Below, in pieces: positions 62,315 to 64,000 of a DNA stretch of 64,000 nucleotides. The first letter of the stretch is position 1, and every line of letters starts with the position of its first letter. The translations under genes and the position numbers were made by a program. The DNA is from Dendrobates tinctorius (lineage: Eukaryota). The notes beneath the pieces are model-generated. The model did no database searches and was not told where the DNA came from. It saw nothing but the letters and a program-made list of their open reading frames with translations. Location: positions 1,302,001 to 1,366,000 of the forward strand of contig NW_027361869.1 in assembly GCF_039654945.1 (NCBI RefSeq), read 5' to 3'.

Positions 62315-63220
62315 ATGATAAAGTATTTGGTCCCCTGGAACTCTTCAACCTTTTTCCACATATCATGCTTCAAACATAAAGATACCAAATGTTAATTTTT
62401 GGTGAAGAATCAACAACAAGTGGGACACAATTGTGAAGTTGAACGAAATTTATTGGTTATTTTAAATTTTTGTGGAAATTCAAAAACTGAAAAGTGTGGT
62501 GTGCTATATTATTCGGCCCCTTTACTTTCAGTGCAGCAAACTCTCTCCAGAAGTTCATTGTGGATCTCTGAATGATCCAGTGTTGTCCTAAATGACTAAT
62601 GATGGTAAGTATAATCCACCTGCTCTGTGATAGTCTCAGGGTTCTGCTTGAAGCACAAAGACCAAGGAACACAACAGGCAGGTCCGTGATACTGTTGTGG
62701 AGAAGTTTAAAGCCGGATTTGGATACAAAATGATTTCCAAAACTTTGAACATCCCAAGGAGCACTGTGCAAGCGATCATATTGAAATGGAAGGAGTATCA
62801 TACCACTGCAAATCTACCAAGACCCGACCGTCGCTCTAAACTTTCATCTCAAACAAGGAGAAGACTGATCAGAGATGCAGCCAAGAGGCCCATGATCACT
62901 CTGGATGAACTGCAGAGATCTACAGCTGAGGTGGGACAGTCTGTCCATAGGACAAGAATCAGTCGTACACTGCACAAATCTGGCCTTTATGGAAGAGTGG
63001 CAAGAGGAAAGCCATTTCTCAAAGATATCCATAAAAAGTGTTGTTTAAAGTTTGCAACAAGCCACCTGGGAGACACAACAAACGTGGAAGAAGGTGCTCT
63101 GGTCAGATGAAACCAAAATTGAACTTTTTGGCAACAATGCCAAACGATATGTTTGGTGTAAAGGCAACACAGTTCATCACCCTGAACACACCATCCCCAC
63201 TGTCAAACATGGTGGTGGAA
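62315..63220 (+). mobile_element. Tc1 element, 5' portion, frameshifted and truncated
   Basis: [80 protein letters not shown], cut at ~63222 by a CAGGGCTGTGGAGTCGG terminus. Confidence 0.9.
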
Positions 63221-63412
63221 GACAGGGCTGTGGAGTCGGAGCTCATTTTGGTGGAGTCGGTATAAAATGGTCCGACTCAGACTCCTAAAATATATAATAA
63301 ATTGGGTACCGTAGTTCAATGCAGAATGAATGTGCTGAATATTTTTTCATAGGAACTTGGGAAAGTTATGAAATGTCCTATAAATGGCTGCTCTATTCCT
63401 GATCTAAGGCTA

Positions 63413-64000
63413 CAGTTGTGGCCAAAAGTATTGACACCCCTGCAATTCTGTCAGATAATACTCCAGTTTCTTCCTGAAAATGATTGCAAACACATTCTTT
63501 GGTATTATCTTCATTTAATTTGTCTTAAATGAAAAAAACACAAAAGAGAATGAAGCAAAAAAATTGATCATTTCACACAAAACTCCAAAAATGGACCAGA
63601 CAAAAGTATTGGCACCCTCAGCCTAATACTTGGTTGCACAACCTTTCGCCAAAATAACTGCGACCAACCGCTTCCGGTAACCATCAATGAGTTTCTTACA
63701 ATGCTCTGCTGGAATTTTAGACCATTCTTCTTTGGCAAACTGCTCCAGGTCCCTGATATTAGAAGGGTGCCTTCTCCAAACTGCCATTTTTAGATCTCTC
63801 CACAGGTGTTCTATGGGATTCAGGTCTGGACTCATTGCTGGCCACCTTAGAAGTCTCCAGTGCTTTCTCTCAAACCATTTTCTAGTGCTTTTTGAAGTGT
63901 GTTTTGGGTCATTGTCCTGCTGAAAGACCCATGACCTCTGAGGGAGACCCTGCTTTCTCACACTGGGCCCTACATTATGCTGCAAAATTTGTTGGTAGTC
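63413..64000 (-). mobile_element. Tc1 (DD34E) element, 3' end with TIR; continues beyond the window
   Basis: TA-CAGTTGTGGCCAAAAGTATTGACACCC terminus; inner DR caaaagtattggcaccc; open frame [29 protein letters not shown] (stop at 63623). Confidence 0.93.

Overview
This is eukaryotic vertebrate DNA, most likely from a frog, judged from the repeat families and gene divergence. It has GT-AG introns and four N gaps. I reconstructed four protein-coding genes by reading splice sites: a single-exon RING/coiled-coil/PRY-SPRY TRIM-like gene (-), TELO2 (-, 20 coding exons, ~826 aa), EARS2 (-, 9 exons, ~509 aa), and UBFD1 (+, 7 exons, ~284 aa), which lies head-to-head with EARS2. There is also an intronless, decayed actin-like pseudogene. 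The rest is dense in mobile DNA. A fold-back (head-to-head inverted) Penelope-like RT+GIY-YIG retroelement carries a minimal hammerhead ribozyme in its 3' tail, and a second, degenerate hammerhead lies 3.9 kb further on. A 5.9-kb non-autonomous hAT element with an 8-bp TSD is filled with minisatellite and GATA arrays. A palindromic hATm-like derivative is nested in a dead Harbinger transposase. There are also a full-length Tc1, several Tc1 fragments, a piggyBac-type non-autonomous element, many palindromic MITEs and several satellites. Most short ORFs in the supplied track are repeat-derived noise. All family assignments come from motif recognition, not database searches.
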